A stretch of DNA of 60,731 nucleotides, counting the filler, from Basidiobolus ranarum (taxonomy: Eukaryota): the NCBI GenBank assembly GCA_040143965.1. It is 5 parts of 5 records of this genome, joined end to end, with 100 filler letters (N's around TTAATTAATTAA, not from the genome) between each part and the next. Parts side by side here need not be neighbours in the genome. Positions count along the whole stretch, not along the records: positions 36,539 to 48,592 come from JASJQH010000570.1; positions 48,693 to 60,731 come from JASJQH010000571.1; 3 more parts are not named here. One strand, written 5' to 3'. The translations under genes and the position numbers were made by a program. How positions within the stretch are numbered: the stretch's first letter is position 1; the number at the start of each line of letters is the position of its first letter. The notes under the pieces were generated by a model that had not been told where the DNA came from, did no database searches, and saw only the letters and a list, made by a program, of their open reading frames with translations. Below are positions 38,236-50,490 of the stretch, one piece after another.

Positions 38236-40469
38236 ATGGACGCTTATGGAAACGCCTCGAAGAGTACCACTGGTCCCACCTATGACGATGCTGAGTACGT
38301 ATTTCAATGAGCATTCCCCTATATCCACAAGGCTCTTGATGAATTAACCTTGTTACAATAGCTCTCCCAACATTACAATCAGTGTCAGAGATTTGACTCG
38401 TGCAAAGGTTGTTCACCTAAGAATCCCTCAAGGGACAGTTATCCGAAAGGCTGTTGAGTTGGTATGAGGTCTCTTGGTTTTCATAGCGTTCGAATAGAAA
38501 CTAACTTGCATGTTGCTCTTAGTGTTGTGACCACTTCGAGTACTGGGATGAATGGAACTACGCTATGTATGCTTTGAGTTTTCTGGAATTTCGAACTAGC
38601 TTCTTACTAAATGCCATCAATCTTTAGTTACTGTCAAGCTCTAAATAGCTGGCTCAATGACGCTTACTCTATTGAATCCTATCCACCTGAGGCTAGAGTA
38701 TGATGCTTCGGTAGAGCTTGATCATCACAGTCGGATGTAACTAATTCTATCATCTTTATTAGAAATCGCTTATGCTGCTTAGTAAAAAACCAGACTATTT
38801 TGAACTAATGGCCTCAAAGTTGGTAAGCATCCTTAACACCAAAATACTCTCAATAGCGCCTACAAAAAGTAACTTGACTGACACCTGCGTCTAGCCTATT
38901 CTCTCCAGAAATTCCGACGAAGCCACCAAATCCCTGCCACCTAAACATAGCTCCTTCTCTAACTTCTTTGGCAGAACTTATACCTCTTTAAAAACAAAAC
39001 TTCGTCGCGATTGCCTTTTCCTGAGTGTCCTAGTCTTTCGAAGTGACCATAAAATTCTACAGACTAGTAATGGGTTGTTACCTACTGTCTTAGTAACTGA
39101 TTCGTTATCTTCAGTGAAAGGAGATAAGGATTTCAACGAGACTAGCGATGAATTCGTCTGGATATTGAAAGCAGCCATGGATTGGGAAAACTCCAATACC
39201 TCATATACCTACAATCCACTACTCCACAATCAATCCCGTCATCAGGGATATAATGTCGATTTGAGATTGGCTTTCTGCGAAGCAGCTAATAACTTGATGA
39301 AAATCACTCCTTTACCAAAGTTAGGGTTGGTGTATGAGCATCCGCTAGACCTTCTTCAACTATCATCAAAGATGATCATGTCCTTCCAATATGTGGCTGA
39401 TGATTCACTTCCTTCAATTGCTGCCGAGTCCATTAAGAATGGAACGCTCAAATGGCGCACCGTTGAGTCTTTGGATACTGAAGTTTACTCATCCTGCTGT
39501 ACCGTATTCTCCCAGGCTTGGAGTTTATTCAATGCAAGATATACCCGGCCTTCACCCGGCCTCTATATCAGCCTGCTTCATCTCCAAGCTACTCCTTCCG
39601 GATTGAACATACTAATCCCCAAAGATCGTAAACACATGATGCCCATGATTAAAATTCGAGACGACCCAACGTTGACGAAGGACGAATGGAAAATGGTACT
39701 CTCCTCACGCGATGAAGTCATAGATACGAACATGATTGAGGATATACAATATACTTTACAGAATTCCAAAAATCTAACTGACGCCAATCAATTTCGTTTA
39801 TATTTCCTCAAAGGATTCATAAAACTTCAGCAGATGACTAGACTGGAGCTTAGCCTTGCAGATCTGTATGATGTAGAAACTGTAGAGCTTAAGTTACCGA
39901 AGGAACCTCATGCTCCTAACTCCCCGACCATCTCAAAACGTGCGCCATTTTATCCCGAAACGGCTAGAATTATCTTTATTGTTAAACCGCTACGTTTACT
40001 AGAGAATAACAACATCCTGGAAAGCTATGCTCACCATCCTAGACTTACTATGTATTCATTTAAGCATTTCGAAGCGCTTCATCATCATATGTACAATCTT
40101 AGCTATGAGCCTTATCGTCGCACTATGCTAACTTATTTGAACCACTTGAACGATGCCAAGAGAGGGGTTTTATCTTCTGTTCAACAGCTCAAGCTCAGTG
40201 ATGGACGACCTGGAGTAATGACTAAGGATCGAGTCATAGCCCTACTTAAGCAAAAAATACAAGAACTTAAAAGTACTTGGCATTCTATCTCCTGGAGTGT
40301 TCGAGTCTTGGAGTGGGATCGTAACCGTCACTGGGAGCAAAGGATTGGCAAGCACTATCAAAACAATATAGGTAGTGGTCCGCAATTAAAAAGAACGAAT
40401 TCCGATCATAAACCCGGGGACTCCTACAATACCGTGGAAACCACGAAAAGTACTTACGTGTCTCGGTGA
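38236..40469 (+). CDS. Protein with an N-terminal ubiquitin-like domain and an ANKFN1/Wake-like C-terminal region (6 exons)
   Basis: Five GT-AG introns (first 38295-38361, second 38462-38522) give a continuous frame MDAYG..ITISVRDLTRAKVVHLRIP..CCDHFEYWDEWNYAIYCQALNSWLND.. into ORF 39075-40469 (LPTVLV, FVWILK...W, PGLYISLLHL, KIRDDPTLTKDEW). Gene structure is solid; family call is moderate. Confidence 0.7.
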
Positions 40470-41484
40470 ACGGGAGGTTTCTTTGTGGACGCAGTAATGT
40501 CCGTATGATATGTTGCATGGTTAAAAATTGAAATGGAACTCTTATGCGTGTGGTCGCTACTTACTTCACCTGTACCAAGTTTTGACTGTATTTGTTTCCA
40601 CTGTTTTGATGTATTCTATGCCCATTTTATTACATATGATCACTTTTTTGTGTTTGATTTCGTGTTTTTTAGCATCATATCGAATCCATATATTTCCTCT
40701 TCATTTAACTATACACCTTTACCTATATTAACCCTCTCTGTTGCTTGACCCAATGAGGGACGAATGCAATATGCTTCTAAATTACCTTGTCAAGCAATAT
40801 TCATATATACACCGAAGCATATTCCCGATCATGGTGGGCCATTAACTTGCATTTACCTCACCACTAATCTTCTCCTACTTTGAATATTGGATTTCAACTG
40901 TCGGATTATGATGTAGTAGATAGAACTTGTTTATTAAAGGCCAAAATCTTGGCCGCTTCACTAATAATTTGATGGTAGAATTGATGTCACTATTGAACCA
41001 AGTTTGTTAAAATAAATCTATCAGGTTTCCAACCACATACACCGTGTACTATCAGTTAAGCCAACGTTACTCAGTTCATGAATTAACTAACTTCTCATAG
41101 AAAGTCGTTTTGTTCCAAGTGAGACTTCATCAGACCTTACTTCTCTCTTCCACTAACCACAACGTATATTTCTCGAACCAGTCCTTGGGATGATTTGATA
41201 CTGTTTACAGATCAGAAGAACTGGAAGTTTACTTCTTTTTCAATAATGGCTCAGACTAAACCAAAATACAGTAAAGCTGAATCAGATAGTTGCGTCCATT
41301 ATATTGAATCAAAAGAGTGAAAGGGTTGCTTTATGGCGTATATAAACACTAAGCATCAACATCTAAACCAAGCAGTCTATGGGGAAGGAGTGAACAGAAA
41401 ATTAATGAACAAAAGCAAAAAAATGGAAAATTGGAATGTTCACAAGTGAATATGATGGTTTTGGAAGTACGTAGAAAATTCACT

Positions 41485-42495
41485 TCAACTCTCTAGCCAG
41501 CTATCACCAAGCAGCCATTTGAAATCAAACCCAGTCTGGCTAGACATATTGGAAGTAGGCTCCAAATGGGTATTATTTTGATAATTCGTGGCATTCGAAT
41601 ACATCAACCCACCTCCGAAGTTGCTCGGAAGAGAGTAGATATTTTTATCGGATAGCTGCTTGGAACGGTCAATGGCAGCTAATTCTTCACTCGTAGAGTT
41701 GTAATTTGAAGCGCTAAAAGAAGATGCATTCACCATACGATTGTCATGAGAGATCGGGTAAACAGAAAGGATGTCCGGGTTCATAAGATAACCATGACCA
41801 TTGTCTCCAATGTATGGAGAAGCTTCATCAGAATTCTGACGCTTGAACGGACTTTCTTTCGAATCAATTGAACATGCTTCCCATTCATTCGGTGTCTGTG
41901 GGGACTTCTTACGTTTATTTCTTGATCTATTAGGAGTGTATTTGTAATCTGGATACTTCACTTGGTGATCAAGTTTGATCTTTTCAGCCATCCACTGATA
42001 ACTTCTCTTCTCCTCAACAGATATGTTCTTCCACATCTTGCCTATAATCCTAGATACCTCCATATTAGTGATTCCAGGATTGGACGCGAATATCTCCGCC
42101 TGCTTATCTTTACGAAACAAAAAAAAACAATTGGCAGGCCTGGGGATCTTCTGCTTTGGTGGGAGTTTCTCATATGTTTCTGAAGTAGTGTAGTTCAGTT
42201 CATTGGAATCAGCATTGGCTTCATGATTAGCTTCAGGCTCCTCGCAGAATTTTTCGTCTTGATATGGGTTTGAAAGAGTGTCGGTGATGGGGAACGGCGG
42301 AGTCATTGGGTACATTGAATTATCAGTTGGGAGGAAATGGGAATTCAAATTGTAGGATAAAGGAAACAGGTTCAACCCAACTCCTTCACCGAGAGCTTGG
42401 AATGAAGCACCATTACCTCCGATTGCTGGAGTGTTTCTCATGCCTTTAGTAGTGTAATTTGTATTCGGGAAGATACACTGTCCGATATTTTTCAT
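41485..42495 (-). CDS. HMG-box (MATA_HMG/SOX-like) transcription factor, intronless
   Basis: KIPRPANCFFLFRK...EVSRIIGKMWK...EKRSY...HQVKYPDYKYTP; TATAAATATA on the minus strand at ~42581-42590. Confidence 0.93.
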   Translation of the reverse strand: MKNIGQCIFPNTNYTTKGMRNTPAIGGNGASFQALGEGVGLNLFPLSYNLNSHFLPTDNSMYPMTPPFPITDTLSNPYQDEKFCEEPEANHEANADSNELNYTTSETYEKLPPKQKIPRPANCFFLFRKDKQAEIFASNPGITNMEVSRIIGKMWKNISVEEKRSYQWMAEKIKLDHQVKYPDYKYTPNRSRNKRKKSPQTPNEWEACSIDSKESPFKRQNSDEASPYIGDNGHGYLMNPDILSVYPISHDNRMVNASSFSASNYNSTSEELAAIDRSKQLSDKNIYSLPSNFGGGLMYSNATNYQNNTHLEPTSNMSSQTGFDFKWLLGDSWLES

Positions 42496-45143
42496 AGCAG
42501 GCAGAAAGAAACGGCGAGAGATGATGGGGTGGAGGAGTGGGGCGGTAAGAAGTAAGTATGATTCTGAACAACAAGTATCCTATATTTATATCACTTGATT
42601 TACTTCAGGATTTACAAGATAGGCTACATAGAAGAATGTCCTCGGGAATTTGACGAGCACCGCTAGACATAATGTAACATGCGTACACTCGCGAATTGTC
42701 CTGTAAGCAACCCCATACGTCGATACTGAATATGAAAGCTCCCATATCAAATCTATGATTGATATTCAACTTATACTCACTCACATAGAATTGAACTTAC
42801 TGTTTGTACATTTAATATTGCTGGCAAAAATCAAGTCTTCGTTTGCCTGGAACGTAACACATGTAAGTATAAATGTCATATAAACCAACATGTGACTTGC
42901 ACCTCCACTTCCTCTTAGGATCTCTTTAGATCAGGGTAAGTAAAGTATCTTTGATAGGCAGTACCTTACTTTACAGCTCATTCCTCTTGGGTGGGAGATC
43001 GATACCAAAAGTCGCAAGTCATTTTAGCCAAGTTTCATTTGATGGTACAAAAATCAGTAGGAGCTCCATCCAGCAATTACAATATATGCAAAGCAAACAA
43101 TAGCTGATATCGTCCATCAAATGCCATGGTTTGACTTTGCTCATCCCCACTTTTCGATGCTTATCAAGAGCTCACTTGACAAAATGAGTGCATCCTACTA
43201 CCTACCTTAGCTACCTTATGCAGACTAAGGTGCAGATCCTAAACTAAAATGAGATTTCGAACCAGTAAATCTCTGAATACTTTACAGAACCCAAATTAGG
43301 ATCGCTTAATTTTTCACATACTTTATTGCTTGATAAGTGGAAATAGCACTTGGTTCATTTCATATATAATGATATTTACATATATCATTCCCAGTTTACT
43401 TCGCAAATATAACGCCCTGTATTTCTACTAGAATATTTCCCTAAAAAAGTATTGGTTGAAGCTACGAAACTTGTGGTGTTTTTACTACAACAAAGCTCGT
43501 GTCACAAGCCCTTACGATAATCCCAGATAAACCGTGTAAAAGTCGCGAAAAGATAAAGTAATTTTAAGGTGGAATTAGTGGCAAAATAAGGAAAAAAATA
43601 TTCCCCATCTTTTAACCCTCAACACTCTGACCACTTTACTCGAGTAGTCTGCCTTGAGATACAACTATACAAACAATCAGTATCACCAACGTCAACTTTA
43701 TTGCCCTAAACTATCCAAGGCCCTCATTTAGATTTTACACGTCTTCTATCTCTTTTCCAGTACCTTTCAAACTAAATTAAGGCCACATTCGTAGTCTACT
43801 TTTTCACTAATTAATGCCTACTTTGGACCACAAACAAGAAGCTAAGCGTCATGTTTCTGTAAGATCAGCCTCAGGTATTATAATTTTATGAACTAACATG
43901 ATATTACACTGATCGGCCAACTAACGAACCCCACGCGCTTCTTCTTCCATTCAACCGAAATAAATTCACTCTAATTGGACAATATAATGAATAGAATGGT
44001 ACGTTCACCTCTTTACATTTTTCTACTAATATACTTTAAGCTACTTACGGTAGCAAATATTTCCTACGTCACTGAAACGTTACAAGTCTATTTAAATTAT
44101 TATTGACTGGAAACCGTTGGCTGATATTTGGTATTTGGGTTATTTTATTAGGAATAAGTTACTTTTGTGGGCAAGAAAAGCCCGAGGCCCATTTTATGAT
44201 CCCTCCACACGTTTGCATCAAGTCAACAAAGGTTCCAGATTATACTTTTCGGGAGTTAGAATGGAGGACTTAGATCGGTAAGTCATCGCACTTTAATATT
44301 CCGGAAATCACTTGACGTTTTCAATGAGATATAGTATTAAAATTTATGTACTAAAATTAGTGACCCTGGCTCACCACCCAGCGGTAATCGAAACTTGAAG
44401 ACTACTGAACATCAACTTGCATCAGAAATCAATAATAAGTATCTAGCTAAGAATCAAACCGTAGGCCCTGTCCGAGTAAGTAATCGTGGTAGACCTAAAA
44501 AGCTACACCCCGATACTGGTTCAATGACAAACACTCCAGGATCCGTATCATCTGTGCTTAACTAGTAAATATGTATGTATACTACAATACTCAAAAATAA
44601 TAAATATTACCTCGATACATACTATTACTATTACTAGCGCTAAAAATATTAAGGGATCACCATCCTCTCAAACTCTCGTGATTGTACGAAGAGTACTTGG
44701 AGTTGTCCGTGTTGAGGATAATTTCTATGGTGTAGATAGCGATTATTAACCAAAAGCCAACGGTCTCTCTTGGCATGAATGTCGATAATCCTATGAATAA
44801 AAATTCCAGAAATAACCGACTTGCACTCCAAAGTGAGCTTGGTTCTGATTTGATTGCATTAACTACAAGAAACTACATGCCAAAGACCCGAGTTGCCTCA
44901 AATTAAGGCACGGTTGATAAATACAAATCAAATTCACAACATTTCTTGAACTCAGATGTGTACGATGGCCATTCGACCGTTTTATCCATTAAAAGTAACA
45001 GAATACCTAGTATCTACGAATATAATCGCTGAGCATGCTACTTATAATGGGAAGGATGATTCCAATGGCTACAATTTTATTTCATTCGAATAAGAAAAGA
45101 CTAGTGACTGTTCCTATATCATTATGAATGAGATATATGTAGC

Positions 45144-45599
45144 TTAAACACGGGAAGGATACATCATGACGCGTACACTAGCGCCGAAAGAGTGGGCGGG
45201 CAAGTTAGATCTGAACTTGGCCTTGACGACGCCAGAGTTTCCATGAGGGCGAGTGACACGTCCCCAGATAACGCGGACCTTGGAACCGTTGATTTCACGC
45301 TTGGCACGGTAAATATAAGCAACACGCTTACCGAGATAGAATTGAGTATCTTCCTTGGTAGCGACGTTCTCGAGTTGGACCAAAGAAGTGTTGACTCTTT
45401 GGTTACGCTTGGCACGCTTGAAGCCCAAAAAACGGCCCTTAGTGTAAAGACTGAGGTAGAAAATGGTTTAGCTAATGCCCCATAAAAAATGGATGGATGC
45501 ACACACTCAACGTGTGGATTAGATCCTGTCCCAACTCTACAACTACAGAATATTGACTATATGACATTTGAAAAGTTCTTACCGAACTGGCTGGCTCAT
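45144..45599 (-). CDS. RPL35A: 60S ribosomal protein eL33 (L35a/L33)
   Basis: [23 protein letters not shown]...[13 protein letters not shown]...[11 protein letters not shown]...MMYPSRV; intron 45451-45582. Confidence 0.97.
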
Positions 45600-46138
45600 A
45601 ATTAGTTCCGACTGACACTCAAGGAAATGGAAAGGAAGAACGTATTCCGATCAGCAACAACTTCACTTAGACACACAAAATTTGACAGGGGTCACGGGAT
45701 TTTACTTGGTAATAGTGAAATGGATTTTTTTGATTATTTTCATTTACTTGCTGATGTTGTTGAGTCGCCCTTATTTGTTAATTGATTCCTAATCTGATGT
45801 ATTATCTCCCGAATGCCCAATGATGGGGTGATAAGTACCCAAAATCAGTCTCATCACTTGGGGAATCTTCGTTGAACCATTCTCACTGATCCATACAACA
45901 ATGAGCCTTTAGATCTTACCATCGAAATGTAGACTCGGAGTCATCGCAAAATTTCGTTTTCCAAATTAAAGTTGGTAGTTGTTTTTCATGATATCGGGTG
46001 AAGATCCCTAGTAGGATCATCAAAAAAAAGCACGTGACTTCGACAACGAATCACATCAAAATTCCTTAGGAGAAATTTCAGGTAGCCTCCTCTTTCAAAC
46101 ATACTATCACTTTTCGTGTAGTTTTCTACGGGCACAAT
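45600..46138. promoter_or_regulatory. Bidirectional promoter of two ribosomal protein genes
   Basis: 539 bp between divergent ATGs; GTCACGGG at 45691-45698 and CACGTGAC at 46031-46038. Confidence 0.65.
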
Positions 46139-46784
46139 ATGAAGTTCAGCCAAGGTAATCATTGTTCCTATGAACCATCCATCCTACTATGCGTCGTAGA
46201 TACTTCAAGCGTCATAGCACCTTAGGGTAGTTTCGAGATATAGTCTTAGTTATTATAGCACATATTCATACACTTGATTTGTTTTACTTTTCAGTCATCA
46301 ACAACGAGTCCTAACGATAATATTATACATCAGATGTCAGTTCCTCCCGCCGTAAGTGCCGCAAGGCCCATTTCGCCGCTCCCTCCAGCATTCGCAGAAA
46401 GATCATGTCTGCCTCCCTTTCCAAGGAATTGAGAGAGAAATACCATGTAAGTTTCTCGATTGAAAGTGCTTTTTCATTAAGAGCTATTTTAACTCAGATC
46501 GCTTTATCCAGGCTCGTTCCATTCCAGTTCGTAAGGATGATGAAGTTTTGGTTGTTCGTGGTACTTATAAGGGACGTGAAGGAAAGGTTGTCCAAGTATA
46601 TCGCAAAAAATGGGTTATTCACATCGAGCGTCTCACTCGTGAAAAAGTTAACGGTGCTACCACTGCTATCGGTGTTCATCCCTCCAAGGTTGTTGTCACC
46701 AACCTTAAGCTTGACAAAGATCGTAAGGCTCTTCTCCAACGTAAAGATACCTCTACCAAATCTGCCGATGCCATGGAACAATAA
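46139..46784 (+). CDS. RPL26: 60S ribosomal protein uL24 (L26), 3 exons
   Basis: [83 protein letters not shown]. Confidence 0.97.
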
Positions 46785-47282
46785 ATCTGTGATGAATGGT
46801 TTCAATTCGACTCTAGGTTCAATTTGTGTCCTATGACTAGTATAAAGTTCATTCATTCTTAATAATAAACGTTAATTTGTCCATAACCTACTGCAGTCCT
46901 ATATTACTAACAATTTCATTCTTGAACCGCAAAGCTACCATGTAATCACTTAATGAAGTCAGATGTGCCTGGCAATTCTTTAAATCGAGTACATTTTTAC
47001 ATGTTGATGCTATATTTTAACTATATATACGGGCCGTTGGACCTGAGTATGAGGAAGTCATGTCTTTAGACATAGTTTCAGCCATTGATATTTCCATTTC
47101 ATTCAGAAAAATATTTCCTATGGGAATTTTAGCACCATGTTATATCCACGAACTTTTCAAATAAACCTTTTTGATTCATCAATTAATCAAAAGTCGGGAT
47201 AGTTTAAAAAAAAAATAACGGTTAAATGAGTTTAGCATTTTGTGGTATTATCTACACTATTTTGCTTTTCTATTGGTGAAGT

Positions 47283-48592
47283 ATGGCTGACTTGAAGGAG
47301 AGACAGCAATGGTCAGCTAAAGACTTAAATTTCCCACCTGCCTTTGTAGACTTCTTGAAGGAAAATGAAATAGATCCAAATATTTACCGTCAATCAGTGA
47401 ATTTACCGAGGTATATTCGAATTAATCCTGATGCAGACGAAAAAGAGACCATCGAGGAATTAAAGAAGGAGCTCAACACAGAACTATGGGAAGTGCCCGG
47501 GGTGTTAGGTTTCTATGGCTTAGACGGTTCGGTGAAGATTGCTGGTTCGCAATTGTAAGAGTTCAGTTCATGTAGCTTATTTTATCTTCATGACGCTTAA
47601 TATTAATGTTACTATGCTTGACTGATTCTATAGATATAAAGCTGGAAAGATATTTGGTATTGATCTTAGTTCAGGTTTAGCTGTGTACGCTTTAGATATA
47701 AGGCCGGATGATCATGTTTTAGATTTATGCTGCGCACCTGGTACGTCCTTTATGTGAGTGTAGTTCTTTAATTCCAATTTCTGACTATTTTTGTAGGTGC
47801 CAAACTCTGTATGATTGCCGATTCACTTGGTAAACAGGGATCGGGTACTGTGACAGGCGTTGATATATCAGAACATAGAGCAGCTACTTGTAGAAGCCTT
47901 CTAAGAAAATACAAGGTGTTTCGCGCTAGATTGTTTGTACATGATGGAACTACTTTCGATATCCATGCCCCTTCCGTTTGCGTCCATCCTGGTAGATGTA
48001 TACGTAAAGGTGGAGATAAGTCTCATTCGAATATTAGTTGCAGCCAATTTGAAACCACCCATGAGACACCCGTTGTGGAAAAAATCCATAAACCTTTCTA
48101 TGCTCCTCGTTTATTCAGAGATGATCCACAATTCACTCATCCGGATTTATTATATGATAAGGTAAGATGGTCACTCATTCAAGAAGATGCATGTAAGACG
48201 GTATTCACATATATATGTAGGTATTGGTTGATGCTGAATGCACACACGATGGCTCGATATCCCATATACTTAAGGTATTTTCAGAAATAGCTTAGAATTC
48301 GCCCTTCGATGGTTCTTAATTGATATATTTAGTACGATCAATGGGGCTGGGACAACTTCGAGAGAAACTTTCTGAATCCTGAGCGAATCAATACCATCAC
48401 AAAGTTGCAGGTATGTCCATCCTAAAGTAAGATTATACTGGCCAGATTAAATTGAGCATTTTATAAAAGAGGGATTTGATCGCTAGAGGTTGGTCTCTTC
48501 TGAAGCCTGGGGGCATCTTGGTATATAGTACGTGCAGTTTATCCCGCAAGCAGAATGAAGATGTTATAGAATGGTTTATACGCAGCCACAGC
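47283..48592 (+). CDS. NOL1/NOP2/Sun (RsmB/F-like) RNA m5C methyltransferase, 3'-truncated by the contig end
   Basis: RYIRIN, VLDLCCAPGAK (motif I), YDKVLVDAECTHDGS (IV), LKPGGILVYSTCSL..QNEDV (VI), across short introns. Confidence 0.92.
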
Positions 48593-48692
48593 NNNNNNNN
48601 NNNNNNNNNNNNNNNNNNNNNNNNNNNNNNNNNNNNTTAATTAATTAANNNNNNNNNNNNNNNNNNNNNNNNNNNNNNNNNNNNNNNNNNNN
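48593..48692. other. Artificial contig spacer
   Basis: N/TTAATTAATTAA/N, 100 bp. Confidence 0.98.
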
Positions 48693-48965
48693 CACTTAGC
48701 TGAAAGTTGGAACATATATTATATATATATGAGAAATGTGGGAATTAGCAATTCCATATTGGAAATTTCAAACTTGTCTAAATTGCCCCAAAGAGAGCTC
48801 ACTTTACCCCCACAGATGCTCTGAACACAACCCCAGTGTTAGTTTTCTGTATTTCCACCAAAATGTATAAATGCTTTATTTCTGGAAAATAAATAATTAT
48901 TTCACAAAGCTATTCACAACTCCACTTTTCTAAAGTTCCTCCAAACAGCCTATATTTTCCCAATA
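48693..48965 (+). mobile_element. Partial family 2 LTR
   Basis: Near-identical to ~35330-35586. Confidence 0.88.
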
Positions 48966-48999
48966 ATACTGACTATATAATCTACTACAGGCCAGATAA

Positions 49000-50337
49000 G
49001 ACAAACCCATTCAATTAGCTATATATTTTGAAAACCTTATTAGAGTAACCAATGACTTCAAGACTTTGGAGAGAAACATATCCAGCTTATCTGCCAAATT
49101 CGAATTAGTGATCTTGGTGAACTGAAGTACTATCTTGGAATCCAAAGTATGGTAGATCAAACTACCAAATCAATAATTTTAAACCAGTCTAAGTAAATCC
49201 TAGATACACTAAAGAAGTTTAAAATGGAAGAATGAAATCCAGTATCTTCCCCAATGGTGACAAATCTTAACTTATCCAAAAATAGCTCAAATCAGAAGTT
49301 GTTGGACTTAAATGAAAGCCAGAAATTTTCTTATCAATCTATGGTTAATAGTTTGATATATATCATGGCAGGAACATGGCTAGATATTGATACTCTGTGG
49401 GAGGTATATGCCAATATCTTATAGCAGATAGGCAGATTTTCAGATATTTGAAAGGTACTGTGGATCTGTGTGCAAAAAACACATATTCTGAATCAAACTT
49501 TGATCTGCTAGGATATTCATATGCAGATTGGGGAAGAGATATTCAAGACAGGAGATCTACAATAGGATATTTATTTCTTTGCTGTAATGGAGCTATTTCT
49601 TGGAATTCAAAGAAACAGCCAATGGTAGCACTCTCAACAATAGAAGAATAATTCATGGCTGCCTGTGAAGCAACAAAAAAGGCAATATGGCTAAGAAAAC
49701 TCTTAGCAGATATAGGTTGTTCTCAATGCTCACCAACTACAATTTTTAAAGATAATCAAAGTTGTAAGAAATTAGCTAGAAATCCCACATTTCAAAATAG
49801 AAGCAAACATAGAGATATTAGACATAACTTCATTAGAGAGATTATAGAGAATAAGCTTGTTGACTTAACTTATTGTTCTACAGAAGACATGATTGCTGAT
49901 ATATTAACCAAACCATTGGCTAGACAGAAATTTGAGAAATTTAAACCTTCCTTAGGATTAGTTTATATGACCATATAGTTGAGGGAGAGTGTTGATGTTA
50001 GCATTACCTAAGCACCTATATAGTTATATATTGCTTAGTACTTAGTTATCAAATATTTCACTAAGATATTACCCATTATTCTCAATTGGAATTTGCCTAG
50101 AATAATTTTACCAACTTAGAAGTTCACAGATATGTAGTTTGTTCAAACTAGTGCTAGAAGCCCCAAACTTTGCACACTTGTTCCTGATACCTTACTTTAC
50201 ACATTTTTCATGTTAGTTTGTTTACATCTTGACAAAGCTATAAATTTCAACTTTGTACTCAATAAATGAACAAGTAAAAACCACCTATTTCTCTAATTCT
50301 CCTAGCCACTTCCAACAGGCTCCCAAATACTTTAATA
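49000..50337 (+). mobile_element. Ty1/copia 3' fragment: RT end, RNase H, PPT and complete 348-bp LTR
   Basis: DLGELKYYLGIQ, GYSYADW, ISWNSKKQ..VALST, DNQS, ADILTKPL; PPT 49981-49989; LTR 49990-50337. Confidence 0.93.
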
Positions 50338-50341
50338 ATAT

Positions 50342-50490
50342 TAACCAAGCCATTAGCTATATACAAATTTGAGAAATATAAGCCTTCCCTGGGATTAGTT
50401 TATATGACTATTTAGTTGAGGGAGAGTGTTGAAGTTGGCATTGCCTAAGCATCTATATAGTTTTATATAGCTTGGTATTTGGTTATTCCA
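50342..50490 (+). mobile_element. Second copia RNase H end + PPT + LTR start
   Basis: Diverged repeat of ~49906-50050; the LTR restarts TGTTGAAG at 50427. Confidence 0.85.

Noticed and set aside
45800-45895. C/D box snoRNA between the ribosomal protein genes
   Set aside because: Only imperfect or too closely spaced C/D boxes, no terminal stem and no recognisable rRNA guide.
38236-47283. Mucorales-type sex locus
   Set aside because: No triose-phosphate transporter or RNA helicase gene flanks the HMG gene within its contig.
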